DNA of 64,000 bases from an uncultured Candidatus Saccharibacteria bacterium. GTDB taxonomy: Bacteria; Patescibacteriota; CAZHWT01. A program made the position numbers and the translations under genes. Below, piece by piece: positions 39,803 to 49,887 of this stretch (positions are counted from its first letter, which is position 1; each line of letters opens with the position of its first letter). The notes below the pieces were generated by a model that had not been told where the DNA came from, ran no database searches, and saw only the letters and a list, made by a program, of their open reading frames with translations. Location of the stretch: NCBI GenBank assembly GCA_964597145.1, contig CAZQWH010000004.1:195-64194 (forward strand), in the 5' to 3' direction.

Positions 39803-40456
39803 ATGGCAGACGAAAAAGATTTAAAAACAACTGGACAAGACGAAGTTAGCACCGCAGAAGAAGCGACTGCTGAGGCTCAAGAGGTCGAAGCGGTTGAGCA
39901 GATTACTGAAGAAGTAACAGCCGATGCAACCGAAACTGAGATAGCCGAGGCCGAAGATCGGGTTGGTCTAGCCGAAGATGCTACTCCAGCTAAAGCGAGC
40001 CGTGTAATTCCCGATTTTCGTGCTGGAGATGTACTACGTTTAGGAGTACGCATCCAAGAGGGTGAAAAAATCCGGACACAGTTTTTTGAAGGCATAGTGC
40101 TAGGCCGTAAAGGAGCTGGGGTTAACCAGACCTTTACTATTCGCAAGATTGGGGCCGGCGGTATAGCTGTGGAGCGAATCTTCCCGCTTTACTCGCCCTC
40201 CTTAGTCTCGTTCGAAGTCCGACGCCGAGGCATTGTTCGTCGAGCCAAAGTTTACTTCCTTCGCGATATTGTTGGTTCAACCGCCAACGTAATTAAAGAG
40301 CGTAAGGTAGTGCGCGATCGAACCGAAGCTAAGGCGGTCAAGGCCGAGAAAAAGGCTGCGCGTGTAGCTCGTAAGGCTGAAACTGCCCCCAAAGCTACAA
40401 AAACTAAGAAAGCCACCCGATCAGCGAAACGCTCGGCTAAAAAGTCGGACAAATAA
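39803..40456 (+). CDS. rplS: 50S ribosomal protein L19 with N- and C-terminal extensions
   Basis: PDFRAGD, EGEKIRTQFFEG, FTIRK, VERIFP, RRAKVYFLR. Confidence 0.95.
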   Translation: MADEKDLKTTGQDEVSTAEEATAEAQEVEAVEQITEEVTADATETEIAEAEDRVGLAEDATPAKASRVIPDFRAGDVLRLGVRIQEGEKIRTQFFEGIVLGRKGAGVNQTFTIRKIGAGGIAVERIFPLYSPSLVSFEVRRRGIVRRAKVYFLRDIVGSTANVIKERKVVRDRTEAKAVKAEKKAARVARKAETAPKATKTKKATRSAKRSAKKSDK

Positions 40457-40465
40457 GCAATCAGT

Positions 40466-40831
40466 ATGAATCGAATTAGTAGCGGCCGCTTTGGTGAAGA
40501 CCAGGCGGCTGCTTTGGTAATTGGTAAAGGGTACACCATCTTAGAAAGAAACTACCGCTCTGGTCGATGGGGAGAAATTGATCTAATTTGCCAGGAGGGT
40601 GGCGATTTAGTTTTTGTAGAAGTGAAAACAAGAAGAAGTGCAAATTATGGACAGCCCGTAGAGGCGGTATCTTGGGGCAAGCGGCAACGGTTAATGCGAG
40701 CCGCCCAGCAATATAAATTGACTCACCCCACAACCCCAGACAGTATGCGGTTCGATGTAGTGGCAGTAACCCTAAATGAAGCAAAAACAGTTAAGGAAAT
40801 TAAACTATATCGGAATATAGACCACGGGTGA
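40466..40831 (+). CDS. yraN: YraN (UPF0102) family nuclease-like protein
   Basis: GRFGE, RNYR, GEIDLI, FVEVKTR, RFDVVAV. Confidence 0.93.
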   Translation: MNRISSGRFGEDQAAALVIGKGYTILERNYRSGRWGEIDLICQEGGDLVFVEVKTRRSANYGQPVEAVSWGKRQRLMRAAQQYKLTHPTTPDSMRFDVVAVTLNEAKTVKEIKLYRNIDHG

Positions 40832-40908
40832 GCTCTGGTACGGTACTCATATAACAACTCAATTCGTACGTGCGCAGGAATGACTAAAAGGGAGAGTATA
40901 ATAAAGTC

Positions 40909-41193
40909 ATGGATAAAATCTCTAAAATCATTCCCGGGCGAGTTGACCCCGAAGAACAGCAGCGATATATAACTCAAGAGTTCCAGGACTATGGCTATCG
41001 TCTAGCTTGCGAGATGGGCGAAGAATCGCGTAAAGCGATGTATATTAAATTGGCTAAAACCAAACCTCGTTTTCTCTTAGAACAAGCCCGTAGCTACGTA
41101 ACCGACTACCCCAATGCCAAGAACAAAGGTAAGCTATTTTTGTGGAAGATAAAGGACTTAGAAACTAAGGCTAAAGCCAAAGAAGCGTCTTAA
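40909..41193 (+). CDS. Hypothetical protein
   Basis: 94-aa ORF; TATAAT six nt before ATG. Confidence 0.7.
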   Translation: MDKISKIIPGRVDPEEQQRYITQEFQDYGYRLACEMGEESRKAMYIKLAKTKPRFLLEQARSYVTDYPNAKNKGKLFLWKIKDLETKAKAKEAS

Positions 41194-41426
41194 TAATATA
41201 TTCAGTGTGTTACCAGATTGGATCTGATGTGGTATTATATGCCCTGCACCAGCCAAAACGATATACAATATACTAAATACCGTATCCTGCGAAGCTATGC
41301 TTCGCAAGGCCCATAGCTCAGTGGCAACGGCACGGCTGGACTAATAATTAATTCCGTTTCCCCAAAGGGAGTCGCGACACAAATTGTAGACTAAGATAAA
41401 GTAAGTTGATAACTAAAATTTAATCC

Positions 41427-41501
41427 GGGCCCATAGCTCAGTGGTAGAGCGACTCCCTTTTAAGGAGTGCGTCGCAGGTTCAAGTCCTGCTGGGCTCACC
41501 A
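41427..41501 (+). tRNA. tRNA-Lys(TTT)
   Basis: GGGCCCA..TGGGCTC-ACCA; anticodon arm ACTCC-CTTTTAA-GGAGT. Confidence 0.96.
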
Positions 41502-41588
41502 AGTTAAACTTGGTGACAATCGAGTTAAACTCGATCACCAAAAACCATTTTTCTAGCCTTTCAAGTATCACTGCCCTAATGGGCAGGC

Positions 41589-41861
41589 ATGTACTACGTT
41601 TATATTTTATTCTCACAACTAGATCGTCAATTGTATACTGGATTTACGCCAGATTTACGCTCTCGTTTAAATGCGCACAAGAACGGATACGTGCGCTCCA
41701 CAAAGCATCGACGACCACTAATTCTAATACATTATGAAGCATATACCAATGAATCAGATGCAAAAATGCATGAGAAGTACTTAAAGAGTGGGAAGGGACG
41801 AGGTGAGTTAAAAATACAGCTTAAACGAACCTTTGTTGAGGTTGGCTATAAAAACTTATGA
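41589..41861 (+). CDS. Stand-alone GIY-YIG nuclease
   Basis: YYVYIL..LYTG.T.DL..RL..H..G...STK..RP..LIHYE..EKYLKSG. Confidence 0.92.
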   Translation: MYYVYILFSQLDRQLYTGFTPDLRSRLNAHKNGYVRSTKHRRPLILIHYEAYTNESDAKMHEKYLKSGKGRGELKIQLKRTFVEVGYKNL

Positions 41862-42008
41862 GTACTGTTTTAGTCTAGGTGTACCGGCAATGCCTTCTTG
41901 CCAATTCACTAAAAGAGACTTTATTAAATTGTGTTTTTTATTACGGGAATAGTTAATTTTTCTACGCTCCCGGCCATTGAGCAAGTCCTAGATGTTGCAG
42001 AGAAGATT

Positions 42009-42626
42009 CTATTTCTCAACAACACGGCGATTGTCGCCATCTACGATGTAGGCTTGTGAGTTTTTAAGCTCAATCAGGTTGGGGTAAAGGCTTTGCATGT
42101 GACTTAGTGCATCGGCATACTTTACTTCGTCTGCATGTGGCCATATCATTTCGTCGATTAGACCAAGACCATCCCATATGATTTCAGATGCAAGTTCACT
42201 ATTATCAGCCACCTCCGATCCACGCAGCGTGGGTCCAGCAACAAGCAAACCTGCACTTTCGCCGCCATATACGATTCCTTCTTTCAACAGGTCTGTAATA
42301 ATTGACTCAAATCCACTGCGACGCATTTCATACCTCAACATGAAAGAATTACCACCATTCACCCAGATCAGGTCATAGTCGCTTAGAACCGTTTTAAGCT
42401 CTTCAGCAATGCTGTATTGCCGTAAATCAACTACATCAACAAGTGTAATGCTTATGCTCGAGAAGAAGTCTACGGCTTCTTGAGTTTTTAAGCTCCGAAT
42501 GCGATCAATATACGCATCCTTCGAATTAGGGATTAATGCTACTTTGATATCAATTGCCTGCTTGCCTATTAAATTGAAGAGATCCTCTGGTGTGGGAACA
42601 CGGTATGAAGATAAATAAAGTTTCAT
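42009..42626 (-). CDS. Peptidase E (S51) / class I glutamine amidotransferase-like protein
   Basis: NGGNSF, GESAG, PH motifs. Confidence 0.88.
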   Translation of the reverse strand: MKLYLSSYRVPTPEDLFNLIGKQAIDIKVALIPNSKDAYIDRIRSLKTQEAVDFFSSISITLVDVVDLRQYSIAEELKTVLSDYDLIWVNGGNSFMLRYEMRRSGFESIITDLLKEGIVYGGESAGLLVAGPTLRGSEVADNSELASEIIWDGLGLIDEMIWPHADEVKYADALSHMQSLYPNLIELKNSQAYIVDGDNRRVVEK

Positions 42627-42780
42627 GGCTTAACAATAGCATACACTAACAATGGGGCCTCTAAATCACTCTAGCTATGCCTGATTTGAACTAGATATTA
42701 TTCCAAGACAGTATTAATATCCGAACTTTGAAGCCATCCTTGTAATCCACTCTAACAATGGTTCGAACATAGCATCACCA

Positions 42781-42850
42781 GGCTCACCATAAAACCCTCA
42801 AGTCTTTGGACTTGGGGGTTTTATGTTATGCCTACCTCCGGAATCTCACC
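42781..42850 (+). repeat. tRNA-Lys 3'-end duplicate plus tRNA-linked repeat module
   Basis: GGCTCACCA, then a CAAGTC-TTTG-GACTTG hairpin, then TACCTCCGGAATCTCACC; similar to the minus strand of 62559-62636. Confidence 0.6.
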
Positions 42851-42945
42851 TCGCACAGCCGGTTACTGCTGGACTCACCCTTGCACTAAAGATACTCTTT
42901 CCTACACCTATGGCTATTCCAATTTATCCTTGTTAGTATGTGGTT

Positions 42946-43956
42946 ATGAAAATTAAGATTGATGAGCTTAGGGAAAAAGTTGCTGACTATTTATTAACAG
43001 GCGGGCTAAGTCAAAAGGATGCTAGCACGTTGACCGAACTTGTGATAGAGCAAGAGCTTGTGGGGAACCAGTTTAGTCCAGTTGGAGAGCTGGCCGGTAA
43101 ATATGCTAGATTATTCGAGGAATTGAATAGCAATGAGGAAGAGATTGTCGCAACCAAGCCCGCTCTAAAGCTTATTAAGGGCAATGGTAGACTTGCACCA
43201 ATAATTACTGCTGATTACCTTGACGAAGTGATTAATACTGCCAAGCAACAAGGTATTTATGCACTTGGCATTTACGATAGCACTTATAACGATTTCTTCG
43301 ATGTGTTTTGCAGGCGCGTTGCAGCAAAGGACTGCATAGCGATTATGGTTGAGAATGGTGGACCACAAGGAGTAACGCCATTCGGTGGTAAGACAGAGGT
43401 TACAGGGACTAACCCGATCGCCTATGGCATACCCACCAATAAGTACCCAATCGTTTTTGATGCAGCTACCGCAATGCACGCCTATGGCAGGATTAAGCAA
43501 GCAAAGGAGAAGGGTGAAAAGCTACCAGACAATGCCTATGTTGATAAAGAGGGTAATATCACGACAGACCCAGCAATAGCATGTGCCGTCCTGCCCTTTG
43601 GCGGTTTTAAGGGCTTTGGGATTAATCTACTTATCGATGTGCTTAGTGGAAGTTTGGTACGCGGAAAAAGCGGACTAGACCAACCATTAGACTCACAACG
43701 TTACATTGGTACGCTTATCATTATTATTGATCCAGCAGCTTTTGGCGAAATAACAGACTTTAAGCTGTCCACAACCAAACTTGTGGAGGATATACTGGCT
43801 GTCGAGCCGATAAATCCAGGCGAACCAGTGAAGGTCCCTGGCTATCGTGGGGCAGAAAGACGGGTTAGATTTATTGAGGCCGGTGTTATAGAAATTGACG
43901 ACGAGGAATGGAAGAAGTTCTCAACCGCGTCTAACAAGCAAAAGTCTGGTCGCTAG
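42946..43956 (+). CDS. Ldh_2 (type 2 malate/L-lactate dehydrogenase) family oxidoreductase
   Basis: PFGG..GTNPIAYGIP, FDAAT, LPFGGFKGFG, PG near the C-terminus. Confidence 0.88.
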   Translation: MKIKIDELREKVADYLLTGGLSQKDASTLTELVIEQELVGNQFSPVGELAGKYARLFEELNSNEEEIVATKPALKLIKGNGRLAPIITADYLDEVINTAKQQGIYALGIYDSTYNDFFDVFCRRVAAKDCIAIMVENGGPQGVTPFGGKTEVTGTNPIAYGIPTNKYPIVFDAATAMHAYGRIKQAKEKGEKLPDNAYVDKEGNITTDPAIACAVLPFGGFKGFGINLLIDVLSGSLVRGKSGLDQPLDSQRYIGTLIIIIDPAAFGEITDFKLSTTKLVEDILAVEPINPGEPVKVPGYRGAERRVRFIEAGVIEIDDEEWKKFSTASNKQKSGR

Positions 43957-44564
43957 CCCTTCGTATTATTCAACAATCTTACATAATAGATTTGCAGGGA
44001 CTGCCCTTAACACCTCGGGAGTGTTAATCTCTGTACACCATTCATTAACCCGAGCCAACTTTAATGTCCGGTGGCTCCGCCATCACCGTCTTGCAGTCAG
44101 TGGGCTATACTCTAATACCCAACGCACACTGTCTCTTTTCATAATTATCTGAGATATTTGATACATGTTACGTAACAAATAGGATAGTATGAGAAGTACA
44201 AAAATACACGAGAAAAGTCACTTGTGTCAGACAGTATAGCTTAACCGCCGGCAGCTCAGCTGAAAAGGTGGATAAATTTTGTATCAAGCAACGGCAAAAG
44301 CGGCTACTACTGGTGCATAGCCGATTCGGGTGGTGATGCCTTCTGGCAACATATCGGTTGACCATAGAGGTCTTTGGCCTTCCGATTGTTGCGCTAATAG
44401 ACACTATGGTGAGCCTACGCCATAGCACTAAATCCTCATCATATAGATAATTCTTCTTAGAAAATTGCCTCGCCTATCTTTTAGTATCAAATAAAACGGA
44501 ATTTTGGTTATACCAATTTTGGTTGAATATTAGGCGATAGCCTAGTCTCAAAACAAGTAACAAC

Positions 44565-44918
44565 TTATGACTTGCGCAAAATAGTCTCTAGCGTCTTACC
44601 TCTAGCTAGCTCATCAATCAGTAAGTCAAGGTAGCGAATTTCCTGCATAGTTGGTTCTGTAATCTCTTCTACCCTCACGCCACAAATTGCGCCCTTAATC
44701 AAAGTTCGCCTCGGGTTTAATTGAGGAGCTTCAGCAAAGAACGTTTCAAAATCTACCTGCTTTTTTAACTGGGACTGCAGCCCCTCCTGGTTGTATCCAG
44801 TCAACCAATAAATAATCTCATCAACCTCAGCCTGGGAGCGGCCCTTTCTCTCCGCCTTAGCAACATAAAGGGGATAGACGCTGGCGAAACTCATTGTATA
44901 AATTCGATGTTTAGTCAT
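44565..44918 (-). CDS. DUF2200 family protein
   Basis: [39 protein letters not shown]. Confidence 0.88.
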   Translation of the reverse strand: MTKHRIYTMSFASVYPLYVAKAERKGRSQAEVDEIIYWLTGYNQEGLQSQLKKQVDFETFFAEAPQLNPRRTLIKGAICGVRVEEITEPTMQEIRYLDLLIDELARGKTLETILRKS

Positions 44919-44981
44919 AATAATTTTCTCCTATTCTGCTTTCATCATATAAACCCTAAGCCACAACATTGGTACAGACGA

Positions 44982-46463
44982 TCAATCTTTGGCTAGTGGC
45001 AGGGAAATATAAAAAGTAGAACCCTGACCTTTTTTGCTTTCCACCCATATTTTCCCTTGGTGCTGCTTCACAATTTCAGCTGAGAAATATAAACCCAAGC
45101 CTAAGCCGGGATAAATTTTACCATCCTTTTGTCGCTCTTGATAGAAACGGTTAAATATTTTATGTCGGTCTGGTGAAGCAATGCCAATGCCAAAATCTTG
45201 GATGCTAATTTGAGCCGAGCCGTTCAACACCCGGAGTTCTATAAACACTGGAGTGTGTTCTAATGAGTACTTAATTGCATTGGCAACCAAATTAGTAACG
45301 ACTTGGGTCAATCGGGCTTTATCGCCCAAGATTGGCGCAGAGTCTACATGTTTAACCACAAGCTCTCGAGGGGGATGGGAATTTTTAACATCTTGAACGA
45401 CCTCACCAATAACATCAACCACATTAATTACCTCAGACTGTAGCTGCTCCTTATTGAGCTGGAGCGTTGCCAATTCCATCATGTTATTAATAATGGTGTG
45501 AATTTTTTGGGTTTGATTATCAATTTTTTGCAATTCTTCGATAGGATTATATTGTGGATTAGTGGCGTATTGCTTGAGCAACAACTGGGTATACATTTTA
45601 AGGCTGGTTATGGGAGTCTTTAACTCATGGCTAACAAAGCTCAGAAAGTCATCCTTGCGTTGGAGCAGCTCCTTCTCGGCGGTAATATCATCAATAATCA
45701 CCACACCAGAAACTAGTTGCTGTTTGTTGTTATATATGGGAGTCCCTTTCACTTGGAGTGTGATCAGGTTGTTCTTATTGGCCCGGTACGTGTATTCTTC
45801 ATTAACCAACGTTTCTTCGTTGTGGATAATCCGACGGAGTGGCCATAACTGTTGAGGTAGTGGATGGCCATGCTCATTTAGCAGAGAGTTTTTGGGATAA
45901 TCGTCAAGATTAACATACTTTGTAACATGGTGGCCCACCAACTGGTTTAGGTGGCGGTTACTAAAAATCAACTCGCCCGAAGGCGCTTTGGCAATTACCA
46001 CCCCAACGGGCATTTCTTCTAAAATCTTCTCCAATTGCAACCGACCTTCTACAGCTTCCTGTCGCGCTTGTCTCTCCTGCTGGATTAAATGGTTAATCCG
46101 ATCGCGTAAATAGCCAATAATAATGGCTGGCATAAAAAACAATAAGGCCAACACCCATTCACCGTTTAAAATGTTATTGAGTGGCACTATAGTGCGCCCT
46201 GGGCCGCTAAAAGCGTAGATAAGGTAAACGTTAGATATGACCGCCGCCAATATAGCTGGCCACATGCCATAGCGGAAGGCACTATAAACAACCGCAAATA
46301 ATAAAACAAACCCCAAGGTCAACCTAATAATCTCTGGCTCAACACCAACCAAATGCATCATCTCGTAGACGATGAGGATGCTTGTTAGGATCACTATAGT
46401 TGTCAAAAAGCTAAATGATCGGTAACGGGACGTAGGCGGAGCCGATAAAGTGAGCTTAATCAT
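44982..46463 (-). CDS. Membrane PAS-domain sensor histidine kinase (no adjacent response regulator)
   Basis: SHELKTP, NLVANAIKYS, DFGIGI, GLGLGL, GQGSTF. Confidence 0.94.
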   Translation of the reverse strand: MIKLTLSAPPTSRYRSFSFLTTIVILTSILIVYEMMHLVGVEPEIIRLTLGFVLLFAVVYSAFRYGMWPAILAAVISNVYLIYAFSGPGRTIVPLNNILNGEWVLALLFFMPAIIIGYLRDRINHLIQQERQARQEAVEGRLQLEKILEEMPVGVVIAKAPSGELIFSNRHLNQLVGHHVTKYVNLDDYPKNSLLNEHGHPLPQQLWPLRRIIHNEETLVNEEYTYRANKNNLITLQVKGTPIYNNKQQLVSGVVIIDDITAEKELLQRKDDFLSFVSHELKTPITSLKMYTQLLLKQYATNPQYNPIEELQKIDNQTQKIHTIINNMMELATLQLNKEQLQSEVINVVDVIGEVVQDVKNSHPPRELVVKHVDSAPILGDKARLTQVVTNLVANAIKYSLEHTPVFIELRVLNGSAQISIQDFGIGIASPDRHKIFNRFYQERQKDGKIYPGLGLGLYFSAEIVKQHQGKIWVESKKGQGSTFYISLPLAKD

Positions 46464-46828
46464 AACGAGAATGGTTCATCCAACTACCATAAGTATTGCC
46501 ATAGTAATTGATATCATACCATATAGGTTTTATGACAATGGACTAGGCAAAAATTGTATCAAATATCTGCCGCCCTCCTAATTGAGTCAGAAGCGGGCTC
46601 CACGTCTCGTATTGTAAACCCACCACAACTTGGCAGAAGAGATAAATGAGGGCAAATCAAGCAGGCACTTTATGATGGGCAAGTAGTCGGATCTAACCTC
46701 TAAAAATACAGACAACCGTTCAAATAACAGACAAATGCAGCATACAAAGAAGACAAATTTTAATGGGCGCTTGGTGAATGCTGCGCACAGCTCGATGCCA
46801 GTTAGGCTTCCTGTGGTACTATACGAAT

Positions 46829-47470
46829 ATGTTGAAGCAGTTATTAAAATTACCGTTATGGGCCTGTATTGTTATAGTTCTGCTTGTGGGTGTAGTAGTA
46901 GCTCTATTATTTTCTTCACTCAACCCATGGAATCCGTTTAATTATTTGGGGCGACCACATCCAACTATCGACTTGAGCCGTGATGCAGTAATTCGAGAAA
47001 TAAGATCCTTAAACCAATTAGAAACCACCTCGTTTACGATTGAGAAGGTGATTGACGCAGGCAACGATGGCAATATTTTTCAAGATATCTTATATGGTGA
47101 TCGACTGCTCTTAATTGCCCATGGCCAAGTGCGGGCAGGAGTAGATTTGAGCCAAATTCGAGATACCGATGTACATGTATCAGCCGGAAAGCTAACTATT
47201 CAATTACCCCAAACTCGCATTTTATCCTCGGCATTAGATACAGAAAAAACCACAGTCTACGATCGTCGACAAGGTTTATTAAGTCGGGGAGATAAAGATT
47301 TAGAAACCCAAGCCAGGCAAGCTGCTGAGCAATCTATTCGCCAAGCCGCCTGTGATGGCAGTATTTTAGAACAGGCAGCCATTGACGCCCGCCAGCAGCT
47401 AACCCACATCTATGCCTTGGCCGGATTTAGCCAAGTTGAAATTCGAGTCCAACCTGGGCGGTGCCAATAG
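46829..47470 (+). CDS. DUF4230 family protein
   Basis: TM; LLIAHGQVRAGVDLS, ACDGSILEQA. Confidence 0.82.
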   Translation: MLKQLLKLPLWACIVIVLLVGVVVALLFSSLNPWNPFNYLGRPHPTIDLSRDAVIREIRSLNQLETTSFTIEKVIDAGNDGNIFQDILYGDRLLLIAHGQVRAGVDLSQIRDTDVHVSAGKLTIQLPQTRILSSALDTEKTTVYDRRQGLLSRGDKDLETQARQAAEQSIRQAACDGSILEQAAIDARQQLTHIYALAGFSQVEIRVQPGRCQ

Positions 47471-47521
47471 GTACGTAAATAGCCGCGATTAATTAAGAAA
47501 TGATACAATATCCTCATCAGT

Positions 47522-48904
47522 ATGATTCCCTTGTCTGTCACCTTTCTCGTCGCTAAATTAATCCAAGTCACCGTAAAACAGCTAGGCAAGGGGGGTGGAA
47601 CGGCCTTGCCCGGATTAATTGCCTATCGGCTCAACCGAAAATTATTGCCTATTTTAGCCCAACAGCTAAGCGGTACCATCGTGGTGTCGGGTACTAACGG
47701 TAAAACAACCACTAGCCGGCTTATCGCTTCCTACTTAGAAGGCTCAGGGTATAAAATTGTTCATAATCGGTCTGGATCCAATTTAACCCGAGGTATCGTA
47801 TCTACCCTTATAGCCCATGCCAACTGGCATAAAAAAATTGACGCCCAATGGGGGTTGTTTGAGGTCGATGAGGCGGTTTTTGCCGAAGTCGTATCCCTCC
47901 TCAAGCCAAGATATGTTATTGCCAATAATTTATTTCGAGATCAATTAGACCGCTACGGTGAAATCAGCCTACTAGCGGCTAAATGGCGTCAAGCTTGCCA
48001 GGAACTCCCCGATTCAACCACCTTAATTATTAATGCCGATGATCCACTCATGGCCAGTTTAACCATTGAGACGCCGGCTAAGATAGTTGGGTATGGGTTA
48101 GCTGCCCAGTCTGGCAAGGCCAAGCAGGTTGAATTGTCCAGCCATGCCGATAGTCGACGTTGCCCTGTTTGTGGTGGGGCGCTAGTCTTTAGCTCGGTCA
48201 GCTATTCGCATCTTGGTCAGTACCAGTGTGCTAATCACGACTTTAAGCGACCGAAAGTGCAACTTGAGGTCTCAGATATTACCCTAAGAGGTATGGCGGG
48301 ATCCGATTTCACTATTGCTTGGGCAGATAAATCCACACAATTTACGTTTAGTTTGGCCGGACTATATAATATCTATAACGCCGCCGCCGCCCTTACGTTA
48401 GCTTTCGATCTAAAACTAGACCAAGAAGTATTAGAACATCGAACCAAGAATTTTGAAGCAGTCTTCGGACGGCTCGAAGAAGTCAAATTAGGCAACACCC
48501 TACTCACCTTAATTCTGGTTAAAAATCCAACTGGTTTTAACCAGGTGATTCAAACCTTAACCACCGAGCCAAATGCCGAATCATTTTGGTTACTATTAAA
48601 CGATCGGTTCGCTGATGGCCGCGATATATCGTGGATTTGGGATGTTGAGCTCGAGGCCTTGCGCAACCAGGCGAAACAGCTGGTTATTGGCGGCACTCGG
48701 GCCTACGATATGGCACTGCGGGCGAAGTATGCAGACTTTGCTCAAGAGAATCTGTGGGTCGCACCCTCTTTAGCCGATGGCTTGCGCACTATTAGTTCAT
48801 TAAAACAGGGTCATGTCTATTGTTTATGTACCTATACCGCCATGCTTGGCTTACGTCGTCAGCTGCAAAAACAAACTAAACTAAGCTCATACCACGCTGA
48901 TTAG
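47522..48904 (+). CDS. murT: Lipid II isoglutaminyl synthase subunit MurT
   Basis: GGGTALPG, GTNGKTTT, RDQLDRYGE, Zn-finger cysteines, KNPTG, DGRDISWIWD. Confidence 0.94.
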   Translation: MIPLSVTFLVAKLIQVTVKQLGKGGGTALPGLIAYRLNRKLLPILAQQLSGTIVVSGTNGKTTTSRLIASYLEGSGYKIVHNRSGSNLTRGIVSTLIAHANWHKKIDAQWGLFEVDEAVFAEVVSLLKPRYVIANNLFRDQLDRYGEISLLAAKWRQACQELPDSTTLIINADDPLMASLTIETPAKIVGYGLAAQSGKAKQVELSSHADSRRCPVCGGALVFSSVSYSHLGQYQCANHDFKRPKVQLEVSDITLRGMAGSDFTIAWADKSTQFTFSLAGLYNIYNAAAALTLAFDLKLDQEVLEHRTKNFEAVFGRLEEVKLGNTLLTLILVKNPTGFNQVIQTLTTEPNAESFWLLLNDRFADGRDISWIWDVELEALRNQAKQLVIGGTRAYDMALRAKYADFAQENLWVAPSLADGLRTISSLKQGHVYCLCTYTAMLGLRRQLQKQTKLSSYHAD

Positions 48905-48939
48905 GAGAAGAAAAGGCACAAGCTAAAAACCAGAAACTT

Positions 48940-48966
48940 GGATCCTCGATCAAGTCGAGGATGACA
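48940..48966 (-). repeat. CGTC-type REP-like palindrome between murT and gatD
   Basis: Minus strand TGTCATCCTCGACTTGATCGAGGATCC; flanked by AAAC-type heptamer runs. Confidence 0.8.
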
Positions 48967-49032
48967 CAACAAATATATGACTTTATTTATTCTGACAACT
49001 AAAACCTATAAACTACAACCTAAAAACTAACT

Positions 49033-49773
49033 ATGCATATACGCATCGCGCACTTATACCCGGACCTTATGAATATTTACGGAGATTGGGGCAATATAGC
49101 CTCGCTGGTCTACCGGGCTAAACAACGCGGTATAACTCCGGAGGTTATACCATTGAGCCTTGGTGATAATCTTCGCCTAGGGCAGTTCGACTTTTACTTT
49201 TTTGGGGGTGGTCAGGATATCGGTCAAGAACTAGTTGCTCCCGATTTATTACGAATTGCTCCGCAACTCAAAGAAGAGGTCGAATCAGGCGCTGCCGTAC
49301 TCGCAATCTGCGGAGGATATCAACTGCTTGGTCGTCAATATCAGACAAGTGATGGTCAAACACTGCCGGGAGCCAACATTCTACCAGTTGAAACCATTGC
49401 CGAGAAACAGCGCTTTATGAACAACTTAGTAGTTGCCATTAATCCTAAATTAGAAATCAATAAGACCGAGGCAGCAACTTTAGTTGGTTTCGAAAATCAC
49501 AGTGGTCGGACTCATATTCTACAACCTGGCCTATCCCTGGGCCGGGTGGTGAAAGGTAATGGCAATAATGGCCGTGACGGTACAGAAGGAGTAGTGCATA
49601 AAGCTGCCATTGGTACCTATCTTCACGGTAGTTTCCTGCCCAAGAATCCGCACGTAGCCGACTGGCTGTTAGCTAAAGCCTTAGAGCGGCGATATGGCAA
49701 GGTTGAACTAGAACCATTAGACGATACGCTTGAATGGCAAGCCCATCGAGTAGCAGTTGGTCTAAAAGTATAA
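49033..49773 (+). CDS. gatD: Lipid II isoglutaminyl synthase glutaminase subunit GatD
   Basis: HLYPDLMNIYGD, GGGQD, ICGGYQLLG, GFENHSG, TYLHG. Confidence 0.94.
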   Translation: MHIRIAHLYPDLMNIYGDWGNIASLVYRAKQRGITPEVIPLSLGDNLRLGQFDFYFFGGGQDIGQELVAPDLLRIAPQLKEEVESGAAVLAICGGYQLLGRQYQTSDGQTLPGANILPVETIAEKQRFMNNLVVAINPKLEINKTEAATLVGFENHSGRTHILQPGLSLGRVVKGNGNNGRDGTEGVVHKAAIGTYLHGSFLPKNPHVADWLLAKALERRYGKVELEPLDDTLEWQAHRVAVGLKV

Positions 49774-49887
49774 CCGGCCCTTGCAGTCACGGGTAGGCAA
49801 TAGTAAGATACAGGCAACGTTATAAGATAAGCTTGTATATCCGATGATCGCAAACGTATGTAGTCGTTTGCTCGTGAAAGGGGGTGA

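Noticed and set aside
41413-41737. ORFs 41413-41616(-) and 41441-41737(+)
   Set aside because: They overlap tRNA-Lys and the GIY-YIG gene; these are shadow frames.
43960-44430. Short ORFs, and possible TGA readthrough (genetic code 25)
   Set aside because: There is no recognisable protein, and conserved genes such as dcd, lemA, yraN and murT end at TGA, so code 11 applies.
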